Positions 1-10,900 of a DNA stretch of 64,000 bases are shown here, piece by piece. The position numbers and the translations under genes were made by a program. The stretch covers positions 1,888,001 to 1,952,000 of the forward strand of contig CBDCDC010000002.1 of assembly GCA_965215195.1 (NCBI GenBank), in the 5' to 3' direction. Position 1 is the stretch's first letter, and each line of letters opens with the position of its first letter. The notes under the pieces are model-generated. The model saw nothing but the letters and a program-made list of their open reading frames with translations. It did no database searches and was not told where the DNA came from. This DNA is from Candidatus Latescibacterota bacterium (lineage in GTDB: Bacteria; Latescibacterota; UBA2968; UBA8231).

Positions 1-1
1 C

Positions 2-1054
2 TTCATTGTCGATTGGGAAGAGGCGTTTCTAACCTACGATTCAGAGCCGCCCGAATTTGTCTATGGCATTGACTTCAACAACAACAACGTACCCGACTTC
101 CGCGAAAACGACGATAAGCCGGACTACCCTTACCCACGCGACCAAAAGGGCCAGCACATCTTCCTCCGCTACGACCGCTTGGGGCGCTTGGGCAAGTTCA
201 TCACCCTAGGCCGCTACGACAACAGCCAGATCGCCGGCCCGGGTAAGTCCGAGTCGCTGTACTTCCGCTACGCATACTCAGTGGAAAAGCGCGGCGTTGG
301 CGCACTGAACATCAACTACGACGCCAAGCAGGTCAAAGACGACATCCCAGACCACACCTACGTGTACCAAGTGCCCATTGACGATATAGAGGTCATCAAC
401 TGGTTTAACGAGCCGGACGGCCCGCCCGAGCAGGCGGGCTTCTGGCGGCCGGCGACGCCGGACGAGCTGTTGATGCGCGACAGCTTTGTGCATCTCCTCT
501 TTTTCGACAGCACCTATCAGGGGTTCCGCGGCTTCAACATTGAAAACGGCTTTCTGTGGCAGCGCAACAGCCAAGCCGAACTTGAGCTCGCAGACGGCAG
601 CGGGCTGTTGCAGCCCCAAGACGTGCGCTCGCGTTTTTCCATTGTCAACAAGATCGACTATACCCATAGCTGGGGTGCTTTCAGCGTCACGCCTAAGTTA
701 AAGCATCGGACGATCGTTGAGCAGGTCGATAGCGAAGACGCGCCGCGGAAATCGTACAGCGACTTCATCCCCATCGTAATGGGGCAGTACAAGCTCACGC
801 CCAAGACCAGCTTTCAGCTAGGCGTACAGGGGCTGCCCTTGCTGCCGTTTAAGCACTGGGATCGCGCCTTTGAGGACGGGACGTACAGCCAGACCGATTA
901 TCTGGCCATGCTGCGCATCACCGCAGACTACTTTGGCATCCGCGACAATTCGATCTTCTTCGGCTACCAGCGCACGCGGCGGGACTTTAGCCATGCCGGG
1001 CGGCCCGACAGCAAGCAAGGCATCCTCTTCGTGGAACTGATATCCCCCTTCTAA
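2..1054 (+). CDS. C-terminal part of a large Asp-rich putative outer-membrane beta-barrel protein (paralog of 5022..7964); 5' end lies outside the window
   Basis: The frame is open from base 2 (FIVDWEEAFLTYDSEPPEFVYGIDFNNNNVPDFRENDDKPDYPYPRD). It aligns with ...PDWTEPILFYDADPPDFIYGIDFNNNGVVDYRENDALPDYPYPRD of the 980-aa ORF and ends in Phe (ELISPF). Confidence 0.75.
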   Translation, partial: FIVDWEEAFLTYDSEPPEFVYGIDFNNNNVPDFRENDDKPDYPYPRDQKGQHIFLRYDRLGRLGKFITLGRYDNSQIAGPGKSESLYFRYAYSVEKRGVGALNINYDAKQVKDDIPDHTYVYQVPIDDIEVINWFNEPDGPPEQAGFWRPATPDELLMRDSFVHLLFFDSTYQGFRGFNIENGFLWQRNSQAELELADGSGLLQPQDVRSRFSIVNKIDYTHSWGAFSVTPKLKHRTIVEQVDSEDAPRKSYSDFIPIVMGQYKLTPKTSFQLGVQGLPLLPFKHWDRAFEDGTYSQTDYLAMLRITADYFGIRDNSIFFGYQRTRRDFSHAGRPDSKQGILFVELISPF

Positions 1055-1056
1055 GG

Positions 1057-1836
1057 GTGCGAATGCAGATGAGACCACTTGCAAAACACACTCACGTCCT
1101 CTTGTGCTTGGCGTTGGCCGCCGGGGGGTGCGCTACCCTCAGATCCCTCGAATCGCAGGCGCAGCAGGAGTACTTTATCGAGCTAGAGCCGGTCCTGGCC
1201 GCTGAAGATACCTATTACATTGATCCGATCGACAGCTCGGTCGTGTGGAGCGAGCAAGGGGTGCAAGTCAAGGTCAAGTTCTACGACGATGCCATGCTCG
1301 ACGCCGAATACGACACCCGCTTCACGCCCTATACGCTCACGGGAGTCGAAATCCCCGGTTTAGACTATACGCCGCCCCTGTGGACCGTTTTTGAAGTGAC
1401 AGTGATCAACCGCACCCGGGAGCGGGTGGAGTTAGATCCCACGCAGACCATTCTGCGCTTGGACGACGGCCGCCGACTGCTCTGCCGCCAAGGGGCGGGA
1501 AGTTGGTACGACAAGGACGAGTTCTTCGACTATTCCTATTTGAAGTGGGGAGGACAAGAAGGCAATGTGAAATACCATGCCAGCTTGGACCGCAACCCGA
1601 TCTGGGAGAAGAGCGAGTACCACCGGGAAAAGCCCGTGCGCAAAGGCTCGAGATACGTCGGCAAGTTGACCTTTCCACCGCTGCCGGCAGAGACTAGGGC
1701 GTTCACCCTCGAAGTAAACGACTTCATTCTGGCCTTTGATCGCTTTCAAGTAGGATACGGCAATCCGGTGGAATTTACCGACTTGAAATTCCGCTTCAAT
1801 GTCGATCACGGAGTGCGTTGGGTGGAGACTAAGTAA
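1057..1836 (+). CDS. Uncharacterised lipoprotein (paralog of 12871..13638)
   Basis: Signal peptide with lipobox AGGC. Shares IDPxDSS, YTPPxxTVFxVxVIN, ExDP, LxFxPL and FxLxFD motifs with the 12871 ORF. Confidence 0.75.
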   Translation: MRMQMRPLAKHTHVLLCLALAAGGCATLRSLESQAQQEYFIELEPVLAAEDTYYIDPIDSSVVWSEQGVQVKVKFYDDAMLDAEYDTRFTPYTLTGVEIPGLDYTPPLWTVFEVTVINRTRERVELDPTQTILRLDDGRRLLCRQGAGSWYDKDEFFDYSYLKWGGQEGNVKYHASLDRNPIWEKSEYHREKPVRKGSRYVGKLTFPPLPAETRAFTLEVNDFILAFDRFQVGYGNPVEFTDLKFRFNVDHGVRWVETK

Positions 1837-2493
1837 ATGAAAAAGATGGTGACATATCTCGGGATGACGCTGCTTGTCGGCTCAACGGGTTGTGCCTTGA
1901 AATACGAGGCCCTCAAGGACACTAGCGTGCCCAACCCGCCGTCGATGCCGGTCAAAATATACGTCAAGGAATTCCCGGTCGAGAGCAAGGCCAACGTGGT
2001 CGATCCGCGGACCGCCAATTCGGCCGGTAGTCAGGGAACCCAGTACATTACTAACGCCCTCGCCAGCGAGGGAAATCGCTTGGTGCAGATTACTCGGCCT
2101 TCGCGCATCGAGGATTTGTCTGGGGCTTTGTTGCGCGAACTGCGCAAGGACAAGGTGCGGATCTTCACGCAGACGGATCGGGTTGAGGTGCTAGACGAAG
2201 ACAGCGTCCGACAAGTGAGCAATCCCTTTGCGCTGGTGTCAGCGGACTCAGAAGAGGCCGACTTGGAAATTAGCGGCACGGCTGTGATTACCAGTCAGCG
2301 GGTGCGCAAAGTATTCTCCCCGCAGACGCAAAGGGTGCAGGTTGAGGTCGCAGTCAGGGATCTCAAAACCGGCAAAGTGAGCAAGAAAAGCCCGGTCGAT
2401 GCCGGCGTTGTCATGACCTTCAACTCGCGGGAGTTGGAGGAAGCCCTCGCCATTGCCGTGGTGACCAGCCTGACGCAGAAACTGCTGTTCTGA
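1837..2493 (+). CDS. Uncharacterised lipoprotein
   Basis: MKK + hydrophobic stretch + STGC lipobox; start directly abuts the previous stop codon. Confidence 0.7.
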   Translation: MKKMVTYLGMTLLVGSTGCALKYEALKDTSVPNPPSMPVKIYVKEFPVESKANVVDPRTANSAGSQGTQYITNALASEGNRLVQITRPSRIEDLSGALLRELRKDKVRIFTQTDRVEVLDEDSVRQVSNPFALVSADSEEADLEISGTAVITSQRVRKVFSPQTQRVQVEVAVRDLKTGKVSKKSPVDAGVVMTFNSRELEEALAIAVVTSLTQKLLF

Positions 2494-2494
2494 A

Positions 2495-4141
2495 GTGCTG
2501 AGGCTGGGCGCACTCTTGCTCTTGCTCGAATTCAGTCCGTGCCGTGCTGAATTAAAGACTTGGGTAGTGGACGCGGTCGATACATTTGCCTTGGGAACGA
2601 CCCAAGGCGTACAGGTGCATCCCGATAGCCTCGTCATTTTGGCGCAATTAGACGAGGATGTAAACGTGGCCTTGGGACGACCAGTGATAGACGATTTTGA
2701 CAAGCCTGTGCCCCTGACTGACGGCGCGATTGACCTCGTGCGCAGCGAGTGGATCTCGGGCACCAATCACGTGTTCGACAAGCAGTTTACCGTCGATCTC
2801 GGCTTGGACCGGGCGATCAAGCGGGTGCGAGTGCTGGCCGGCGAGACGGCCCTGAACCAGCCCGAGTATTTCATGCGTGGGTACAGGCTCGAAACAGCCA
2901 CCCAAGCGGCACCGCAAGTCTGGCATCTGTTGGCGGAACAGCCGGACAATTTCGTCCTCAATGTAGATACGAGCGCAGATTCTACTTGGGCCGCGACCAA
3001 CGAGCGCGGCGCGGCGATCCCGCGCGAAGGTCGCTTCGTGCGGCTGACCCTGATCCGCCAAGACCGCAGCAACTGGGTCGCCATCGGGGAAATCGAGGTG
3101 TTCGGCGCGGGCTACGTTAGCGAAGGCTTCATAGAGGATAGCTTCGTCCCGCCGACTCCGGTCAACGTAGGGCAGATTCGTTGGCAAGCAGAGCGCCCGG
3201 AGCGCACGGGCATTGAGTTGCAGGTGCGCGGACCCACCGCGGAGCCTTGGCAAAGCCTTGCAGCGCACACGGACGAAGAATTTTTCTACAGCGGAGACGA
3301 GCCGGTCGCGCAGTTGGCATACCGGGCCCGCCTGACGAATTCGGCTCCCTTTGTCAGCCCGGCGCTCGAGCGCGTCGCCATGGACTACGATCCAGTCTTG
3401 GTCGCCCAGCAACTCGTGGCAGAGGTGGTCGCATCCGATTCGCTGCGCAAGGGCGAGGAAGCGACCCTGATTTACCGAGTGGAGATCGCGGCTGGCGTCG
3501 ATGATTACGGGGTCGATCTCTTGCGCGTACAAGGCCCCTTGCTCCGCGTAACCGCCGTGCGCGTCAATGGTCGAGAACTCGCGCCTACCGAGGGCTACAC
3601 TTGGGGCCCGACGCCGGATCGGGAGGGGATGGTAGTAGAGCTTGCCCCCGGCGAGCAAATCAACGCGCTGGCGACCGTCGAAATTGAAGGGTCGGCGCTC
3701 TTTGTGCGCGACAAGACCACTATGCATTTTGCGGCTGGCAACAAGGCCCAAGGCGACCGAGATGGGTACGTGAACTGGCAGCAGGGGCGAGAAATGTCGG
3801 GTGCCACTTGGACGGTACTGGCGGCGGGGACGCCGTTGCAGCTTTTGGGCGAAGTGCAGGTGCAGCCGCGCCCGTTCTCTCCGTTTGCGGACGAATATGC
3901 GCGCTTTGCCTTTGTCGTCGGCAATATCGAGGCGGGCCGGGAAGTCGTGCTAAAAATTTACAACCTGACCGGTCGGCCGATTCGCCAGTTGGCGCAGACC
4001 GGAAGTGCCCGCACCTATCAGTTCGAGTGGGACGGCCGCGATGGGAGCGGTCGCGTTGTCGAGCCGGGGCTCTATCTATACGAGGTTGGGATAGAAGCAA
4101 GCGGCAAGGCGCACCGAGGTACTTTTGTGGTGGCGTACTAG
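2495..4141 (+). CDS. Secreted protein with a discoidin/F5-8C-like N-terminal domain and a C-terminal FlgD-Ig domain
   Basis: Signal peptide; FTVDLG...IKRVRV...RFVRLT...AIGEIEVFG discoidin pattern; C-terminal PRPFSP...KIYNLTGRPIRQL...WDGRDGSGRVVEPGLYLY FlgD-Ig pattern. Confidence 0.8.
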   Translation: MLRLGALLLLLEFSPCRAELKTWVVDAVDTFALGTTQGVQVHPDSLVILAQLDEDVNVALGRPVIDDFDKPVPLTDGAIDLVRSEWISGTNHVFDKQFTVDLGLDRAIKRVRVLAGETALNQPEYFMRGYRLETATQAAPQVWHLLAEQPDNFVLNVDTSADSTWAATNERGAAIPREGRFVRLTLIRQDRSNWVAIGEIEVFGAGYVSEGFIEDSFVPPTPVNVGQIRWQAERPERTGIELQVRGPTAEPWQSLAAHTDEEFFYSGDEPVAQLAYRARLTNSAPFVSPALERVAMDYDPVLVAQQLVAEVVASDSLRKGEEATLIYRVEIAAGVDDYGVDLLRVQGPLLRVTAVRVNGRELAPTEGYTWGPTPDREGMVVELAPGEQINALATVEIEGSALFVRDKTTMHFAAGNKAQGDRDGYVNWQQGREMSGATWTVLAAGTPLQLLGEVQVQPRPFSPFADEYARFAFVVGNIEAGREVVLKIYNLTGRPIRQLAQTGSARTYQFEWDGRDGSGRVVEPGLYLYEVGIEASGKAHRGTFVVAY

Positions 4142-4985
4142 CGTCCTATTGCTGGCCCTCGTCCCCCCGGTCGGCGCTGCTTTTGAATTTGCGGGACAGG
4201 GGGCCCAGAGCACGGCACTGGGCCGAGCTTTCGCCGCCCGCATTCAGACAGCTGAGGCCGTTTGGTACAATCCGGCTGGCAATGCCCAGCAGCAGAAGTG
4301 GCAGGCTGGCACGACCCACGCGTTGCTCTATCCCGGGTTGGACCAAAGCCCAGCCCTAAACGGCTTGTCAGTGGCCGGCCCCTTGCGGGGCGGCGGCTTC
4401 CAACTGGGCCTTTCGTTTTTAGGGGCCGATGGCTGGCGCGAAGAAGTGATTGCCTTGGGCTACGGGCGGCCGTTGCACGAGCGATTCGCCTTGGGCGGCG
4501 GCTGGCGCACCAGCGCTTGGCAAGCGGGCGATCTGTCGCACCGGGCTTGGCATTTCGATGTAGGGGCGACTTGGGAAGTGGGTTTCATACACCCGCGGGC
4601 GTACCTGCGATTGGCGTTGGTCGCCAAAGGCTTAAACGGGGCCAATATCGCAGCGGGCGGCCAAGCTACAGGCAAAGAAAAGCCAGCCGTGGTTGCGGCG
4701 GCCTTGCTCAACGTGGCGGGCCGGGAGGTCCTACTCGACATTGAGCGCCGCGAGGGGCGAACCGAGTTCAGAATGGGGTACGAGACGCGGACGGTGAGCC
4801 TCAACGGCGCTCGGTTCCGCATGGGAGGAGCTGCGGTTGGGTCGGGTTTTGACGATAGAGAGCTCAACGTGGGGCTGGGCCACAACTATAAGCAATGGCA
4901 TTTCGATTATGCGTATTCCTACCCGCTGCACCTGTCCGGCTATGGAGGTGTGCATCGGTTCAGCGTTGGTTATCGCCAGCGCTGA
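4125..4985 (+). CDS. PorV/PorP-like outer-membrane beta-barrel protein
   Basis: N-terminal GAQSTALGRAFAA...AVWYNPAG resembles the PorV/FadL GARxxGMGxA...NPAG motif; C-terminal FDYAY...HRFSVGY strands. Confidence 0.7.
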   Translation: MWWRTSVLLLALVPPVGAAFEFAGQGAQSTALGRAFAARIQTAEAVWYNPAGNAQQQKWQAGTTHALLYPGLDQSPALNGLSVAGPLRGGGFQLGLSFLGADGWREEVIALGYGRPLHERFALGGGWRTSAWQAGDLSHRAWHFDVGATWEVGFIHPRAYLRLALVAKGLNGANIAAGGQATGKEKPAVVAAALLNVAGREVLLDIERREGRTEFRMGYETRTVSLNGARFRMGGAAVGSGFDDRELNVGLGHNYKQWHFDYAYSYPLHLSGYGGVHRFSVGYRQR

Positions 4986-5021
4986 GTTGGAATGCGACTG
5001 AAGACCGGATCTCTACACTGA

Positions 5022-7964
5022 ATGAGGATAGCTGCCATGAGTAGTAATGCGAGAAAAAGCCTGGTGAGGAGCGCGCTACTAGCGTTTGTTGGGTTGGGAA
5101 TGCTGGGTGCCGAAGCCGCAGCGCAGACCTTTCTGCGCAACCGGGATTTCCTCAACCTCGGCCATCCCGAACCGTATTTGAACTACGGGCGCAAGGAGTA
5201 CGATCCCTATCCTTCGGTGATCAACGCACGCAATCGCTACGACCGCTTAGGCAATTACCTGTCGCGCGGATTCAATGTCTTCACTTGGGAATTTTCCCGC
5301 CCCGGGGAAAGTAATATCAACACCCGTACGGCCCAGTACTTGGGATGGTTCGCCAACCTGGTGATGCTCAACGACTCGTACAAGGGTTGGAACTACCGCG
5401 TGACCTTGGGCGAGGACATCCGCGCCAAGTTTTCAGATCTGACCTTTAGCGACCCGCGCTTCTTTGGCATCCTGCTCGACGGCGCTTCCTCGGACAACAG
5501 GTTCACCCTGATGCTGAGCCAAGGCGGCGACCTGTTAAACGCCGCCAAGTTTTCGACCTTCAAAGCGACTCGGGAGACCTCACCGGTGTTGATCTTTGGC
5601 GGCCACTGGGAGACCAAGCTGGGCAATGTGCTGCGCATGGGTGCCACGTACTTCAACCAGCACATGGCCAATACGGCCGACGAGAACGGCTCCTTTCTCA
5701 AGGGCGATACCCCGTATAGCATGCTGCCGCCCTCTTTTATCGAAGTCATTGTCGAAGACGATTCGCCCGACGATATAGGCCGGGCGGCCACCGTCTATGA
5801 CGTGGATGTGGTGATCATCGGCGAGTCGCAGGGGCAGCGGGTGCGCCTGACCAGCATTGAAGGCGATCCCGAGTACGACTCGAGCCTAAAGATGATCGAT
5901 CCGGTTGGCGGGGCCGAGGGCGGGCTGACCATAGCCGGCGGCGACCAAGTGATCTTCCGCTTCCAAATGCCGCAATTCAACCTCCCGGATGCCGCGGAGT
6001 ACTCGGCCGATCCCGACGACTTTGTTCCGGGGCTGACGATGAGATCCGTGCGCTTCTTGGCCGATGTCGAGGGCGACTATCGCATTTTAGTGCGCCAACA
6101 GCACTTGTTCTTCGACCAGCGAGCCCACCAGAGAAACGTGGACAAAGTGGCCGAAGGGGACGACAGATACGTTCCGGGCGGCAGGAGCTACGTCAATCCT
6201 TTTACCGGCCTGAAAGGCGACGACGCAACCAAACCGCTCGAAGAGGTGCTGGCAGAAAATCCAGAAGCCTTTAATCAGTGGCCGGTGGTGCCGGAGCCGG
6301 GCACTACTCAGGCGTCGCCGTTTTTGCAGTACAAATGGGATCTGCTCGATCCGACCCGGGTAGGTTATACGGTCTTGCGCTCCGACGGCAGCGACTCGGG
6401 CCGCAAGGTAGTCGAGTTCGACTACGGCATCCCCACCGGTCAGGCCCTCTACGGGTTGGACTGGGACCTAAGCCTCAAAGGGCTAAAGGTAAAGGGCGAG
6501 CTGGTCGCCAATCCCCAGTACTTCCTCTTCCCGGTGGGCAGCAATGCCGGCAAGCGCTTTGACAAGCAGACCCTCGGCTATTTCCTCACGGCCCAAAAGG
6601 AAGTAGGCCCGCTCGAGATCGGGGGCGAAATTTTCAACCTAGATCCGGACTACAGCGGCAACTACGACAGCGACCGCGGCGGCGTGGCCTTCTTTAGCGA
6701 CGATTGCTTCGTGTGTCCACAGATGCAGGAAATGTCCGTGATGACCGACAATGACGACAACGACCAGTGGCCAGACGAGATGCTCAACGAGCTGCCCAGT
6801 GCCGAGAAGTCGGATTCGGGCATTTTTCCCGGCTTGGACGAAAACAACGACCTCATCCCGGACAGTGACCAGAATTTCAACGGCATTCCCGACTGGACTG
6901 AGCCAATCCTCTTTTACGACGCCGATCCGCCGGATTTCATCTACGGCATCGACTTCAACAACAACGGCGTAGTCGATTACCGCGAAAACGACGCCCTGCC
7001 CGACTATCCCTACCCGCGGGACCGCCGGGGGGGCCACTTCGTGGCCACCAAGAAAGGCTTGGGGCGCTGGGGCAAATGGGCCTCTGTAGGCTACTACACC
7101 ATAGAGGAGCCGGCCGGCGGCGGCGAGGCCAAGGCCCTGTACGCCCGCTATGAGCACAACTTCACCTCGCCCTATCTGGGGAAAATTCGCATCAACGAGG
7201 ACATCAAGCAGGTCCAAGACAACATCCGCGACGACGTGTACGTCTGGGAAGACGTGGGTTTTGCCCAGCGGATACCCAGCCCCTTCCCGCACTTGAAAGG
7301 TCCGATGATTGAGGCGCGGGATCTCAATTCGCAGATTTTTCCGCCAGATGTCGATCCCCTGAACATGCGCAATAGCTTGGTCAATACCTTGTTCATCAGC
7401 TCGACCTTTAGGCAGTTTTCCAACCTCAACGTCATCAACAACGTCCAGTGGATTCGCAACAGCCAAGCCGAGGACGAGTTCGACGACGGCACCCAACAGG
7501 CAGCCGGCGTGCTCTCGACCGTTACGGTGGTCAACCGGCTCGACTACACGATTAACGCCGGCAACCTGAACATCCGCCCGATGTTCAAGCACCTGTTCTT
7601 GCGCAAGCATTCAAGCGTACTCGAAGATGCGGGGGACGAAGACAACGGCATCATTGATTCGTTCTCGATTTACGCCCCGATAGTCAGGACCCGCTTTGAC
7701 CTGACGGCCAAGTCCAATCTGCAACTGGGCTTCCAAGGCTTCCCTTTCTGGCGACACACGAGTTTGGACCGCAAGGATGAGCACAACGACTTTAAGGAGT
7801 GGACGCTGGTGCTGATGATGAGCAACCGCTCGGATCACTACGGCTACAACCTCGCTTCCCAGTTCGGCTTTATCCGAACCAGCCGGGAGTACGACGATGC
7901 TACTCGCGCTTCGGATAGCTTCGACAACTCGCGCCTCTTCTTTGATATTGTGGCCGGGTTCTAA
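5022..7964 (+). CDS. Large secreted protein, putative outer-membrane beta-barrel with Asp-rich Ca-binding-like loops
   Basis: 980 aa; signal peptide ending AAA-Q; amphipathic strands; DNDDNDQWPD, GLDENNDLIPD, DQNFNGIPD and DFNNNGVVD motifs; terminal FDIVAGF. Confidence 0.7.
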   Translation: MRIAAMSSNARKSLVRSALLAFVGLGMLGAEAAAQTFLRNRDFLNLGHPEPYLNYGRKEYDPYPSVINARNRYDRLGNYLSRGFNVFTWEFSRPGESNINTRTAQYLGWFANLVMLNDSYKGWNYRVTLGEDIRAKFSDLTFSDPRFFGILLDGASSDNRFTLMLSQGGDLLNAAKFSTFKATRETSPVLIFGGHWETKLGNVLRMGATYFNQHMANTADENGSFLKGDTPYSMLPPSFIEVIVEDDSPDDIGRAATVYDVDVVIIGESQGQRVRLTSIEGDPEYDSSLKMIDPVGGAEGGLTIAGGDQVIFRFQMPQFNLPDAAEYSADPDDFVPGLTMRSVRFLADVEGDYRILVRQQHLFFDQRAHQRNVDKVAEGDDRYVPGGRSYVNPFTGLKGDDATKPLEEVLAENPEAFNQWPVVPEPGTTQASPFLQYKWDLLDPTRVGYTVLRSDGSDSGRKVVEFDYGIPTGQALYGLDWDLSLKGLKVKGELVANPQYFLFPVGSNAGKRFDKQTLGYFLTAQKEVGPLEIGGEIFNLDPDYSGNYDSDRGGVAFFSDDCFVCPQMQEMSVMTDNDDNDQWPDEMLNELPSAEKSDSGIFPGLDENNDLIPDSDQNFNGIPDWTEPILFYDADPPDFIYGIDFNNNGVVDYRENDALPDYPYPRDRRGGHFVATKKGLGRWGKWASVGYYTIEEPAGGGEAKALYARYEHNFTSPYLGKIRINEDIKQVQDNIRDDVYVWEDVGFAQRIPSPFPHLKGPMIEARDLNSQIFPPDVDPLNMRNSLVNTLFISSTFRQFSNLNVINNVQWIRNSQAEDEFDDGTQQAAGVLSTVTVVNRLDYTINAGNLNIRPMFKHLFLRKHSSVLEDAGDEDNGIIDSFSIYAPIVRTRFDLTAKSNLQLGFQGFPFWRHTSLDRKDEHNDFKEWTLVLMMSNRSDHYGYNLASQFGFIRTSREYDDATRASDSFDNSRLFFDIVAGF

Positions 7965-7983
7965 AGCTTAGGAGATCGACGCC

Positions 7984-10900
7984 ATGATTCTGGTAAATCT
8001 GCTGCTAATTGCAGCGGTCGGCGCGGCCGCCAGCCTGAGTACGCGCTTCTTCTCGCCGGTGGAATTGCAAGACCGCTTTGAGGAGGGGCAGAAGCTCTAT
8101 GCGCTAGGGGCCTACGACAAAGCCATTGAGCGCTATGAGGTCATTCTCTCCACCGAAAGCAACGCCATGATCAACGTGGAGGATGTAACCGTAGCGGTTG
8201 ACGAGTTCATCCTGCCGGTGCGCGTGGGTGCCACCTACCAGCTAGGCAATACCTACAACAAGCTCGGTCTGGAAAAATTGCAGCGCTCGCAGTTTTTGCG
8301 CTCGGAGAAAAAGGAGGCCGCGGCCGACGCTCGCTACGACGAGGCCCTGCAAGACCTCAACAAGAGCCGCGATCACTTCCGCACCCTGGCCGCAGACGAG
8401 CGCGTCGATAACCGCACCCGGGTGATGGCGCAGTACCAGATGATCCAGACGAGTTACCAGCTCAAGGAGTACGAGCAGGTCATTGAGGAAGGGGACGAGC
8501 TGCTGCACAGCTTCCCCCACAGCCTCTATGAAGCGTCCGTTCACTACGACCGCGCGTGGTCCTATTTTGAATTGGAGCGCTACGCGGAGGCCATCGCCAG
8601 CTTCAAGCAGGTCTTGGTCTTGGCCCCCAGAGGCTCCAACGCCGACCGCTCGCTCTTCCAGATCGCCGAGAGCTACGACAAGCTAGGGCAGTACGAAGAT
8701 GCGCTGGAGTACCTCGACCGCCTCGTCGCCCGCTACGACTTCGCGCAGATGACCGAGGAAGAAATCATCGAAATGACCACCCTCAAGCTCAAGGGTTTGG
8801 TCAAGGAGACCGCGCGCGAGCTAGTTGCCAAGGCCCACCTGAAAAAGGGCGATATCTACGCCCGCAACGGCGAGATCGAAAAGGCCCTCGCCGCCTATGC
8901 CGTGCTTCCGGCCGAATACGCGGCCGAGCCGGTCTTGGTGCAAAATAGCTATATCCGCACGGCCGAGTTGGTGCAGAAGGAGCAGGGCACGACAGCGGCC
9001 ATTGCCGCGTACAAGGACGCCATCGAAAAGGTTGAGGACAAGCTCTTTCAGGCCCGCACCCAGCTAACGGTCGCCCTGATGCTTTTCGACCAGGACGAGT
9101 ACCTCAAGTCGGCCCAGGAATACGAGATCTACCTCAACGCCTACGGCGACGTGGCCCAGCGCATTGGCTTCGACCGCTACAAGGTTCTCTTTCGCATCGC
9201 CCAGTGCCACCAAGAATACGGGCGGCAGATCCGCAGCGAGGACCCGGCTGGAGCGGACGCGGAAATCGCCGAGGCCCGCAAAAGCTACGACCAGCTCCTG
9301 AGCCAGCGCGCGGACAATTCCCTGATCCCGGACGTGCTTTTTAACGCCGGCTTTGCCAACCAGCTCCTAGAGAACGACCAAGCAGCTCAGCCCCTGTACC
9401 AGCGGTTAGTCGACGAGTATCCAGCGCATCCAGCGGCCCCCAACGGCCTTTTGCAGTTGGCCCGCATCGCCTATGCCGCATCCGAGCTCAAACGGGCCGA
9501 GGCGATTTATACGTCCTTCCTCGACCGCTTCCCGGATTCGGCACTGCGCAATACGACGCGGATGGAGCTGGGCCTCACCTACAAGCACCTCGAGGATACA
9601 GATAGCGCCATCGCCGCCTATGAGACGGTGGAAGCGGATTGGGACAAGTGGCCTACCGTGCAGGTCGAGTTGGCCGAGCTGTACATGGGCAAGCAAGAGT
9701 ACGCCAAGGCGCGTCAGGCCCTGTCTCGCGCCTTGGGCCGAGCCGGCGACGACACCCTAAGAGGCCAGATGCACTACACCTTGGCCCGGGTGCATTTTGC
9801 AGAGGACAATTTCGCCAGTGCGATCCGCGCTTGGGGCGAGGCCATTGCCCTGAATCCGCCCGCGCACCTCCTGCAAAACTCGCTGCTGGCGCGCGGCGGT
9901 GCGTATTACGAGGTCGCCAAACAGCAAGACGCGGTCGGCGACACGGCCGAGGCCCGCACGAGCTATGAGGCATCGCTGGAGGATATGAAGGCCCTGCTCG
10001 AAGGCGATCCCGCGCCCCAGATCAAGGACAGCGCCTTCCGCACGCTGGGGGCGGGCATGATCCGCTTGGGGCGGCAAGAAGAGGCGGCGCGGTACTACCA
10101 AGAGCTCATTGCCGCGTCGGCCGACCTCCAAGAGCAGGCCACCTTTAGCATGCTGCTGACCGAGCTGTACTACGATCAGCAGGATTTCGTCCAAGCCGAA
10201 AAATTCGCCCGCCAGCTCCTCGACATGCAGTTTGAAGACGACAATCAAGCTGGTTACTACCGCAAAGAACGCGCCTATTCCATCATCGGCAACGCGCTGC
10301 TACAGCAGCAGCAGTACGAGGAAGCCGCTCGCGTCTTTGCCCGAGGTCTCAAGCGCTATCCGAATTCGGGCGAGAGCGGCAACTTGGCCTTCTCCAAGGG
10401 TTTTGCCGAAATCAGCTACGGCGACTACGCCACCGCTGCCGAGAGCTTCCGGGCCTTTGTCCGCAAATATCCGCGCAATGCCAACCGCATTCACGGCCAG
10501 TACTATCTGGCCCACAGCCTCCAGGCCCTGACCCAGTTTGAGGAGGCTGCGGCCGCTTTTGCCGCGCTCGTCGAGCGCCATCCCCAGTCCCAATACGAGG
10601 AAGAAGCGCTTTTTCTCATTGGCGAAAACTACTACAACGAGCAGGCCTTTGCCGAAGCCGCGACCGCCTACCAAGTGCTCTTGGCCAAATATGCCCAAGG
10701 CCAATACGGCGGGTCGGCCCAGTACGCGTTGGCTTGGTCCTTCGTCGAACAAGAACAGATGGAGCAAGCAGTAGGCGCGATGCAAAACCTAGTGGCCAAT
10801 TACCCCGACAGCGAGTTCGCCCCCAAGGCGCAGTTTACCATTGGCGACTACTACTACAATATCCAGTCTTACGACGAGGCCATGGCCGCCTACAAGCAAG

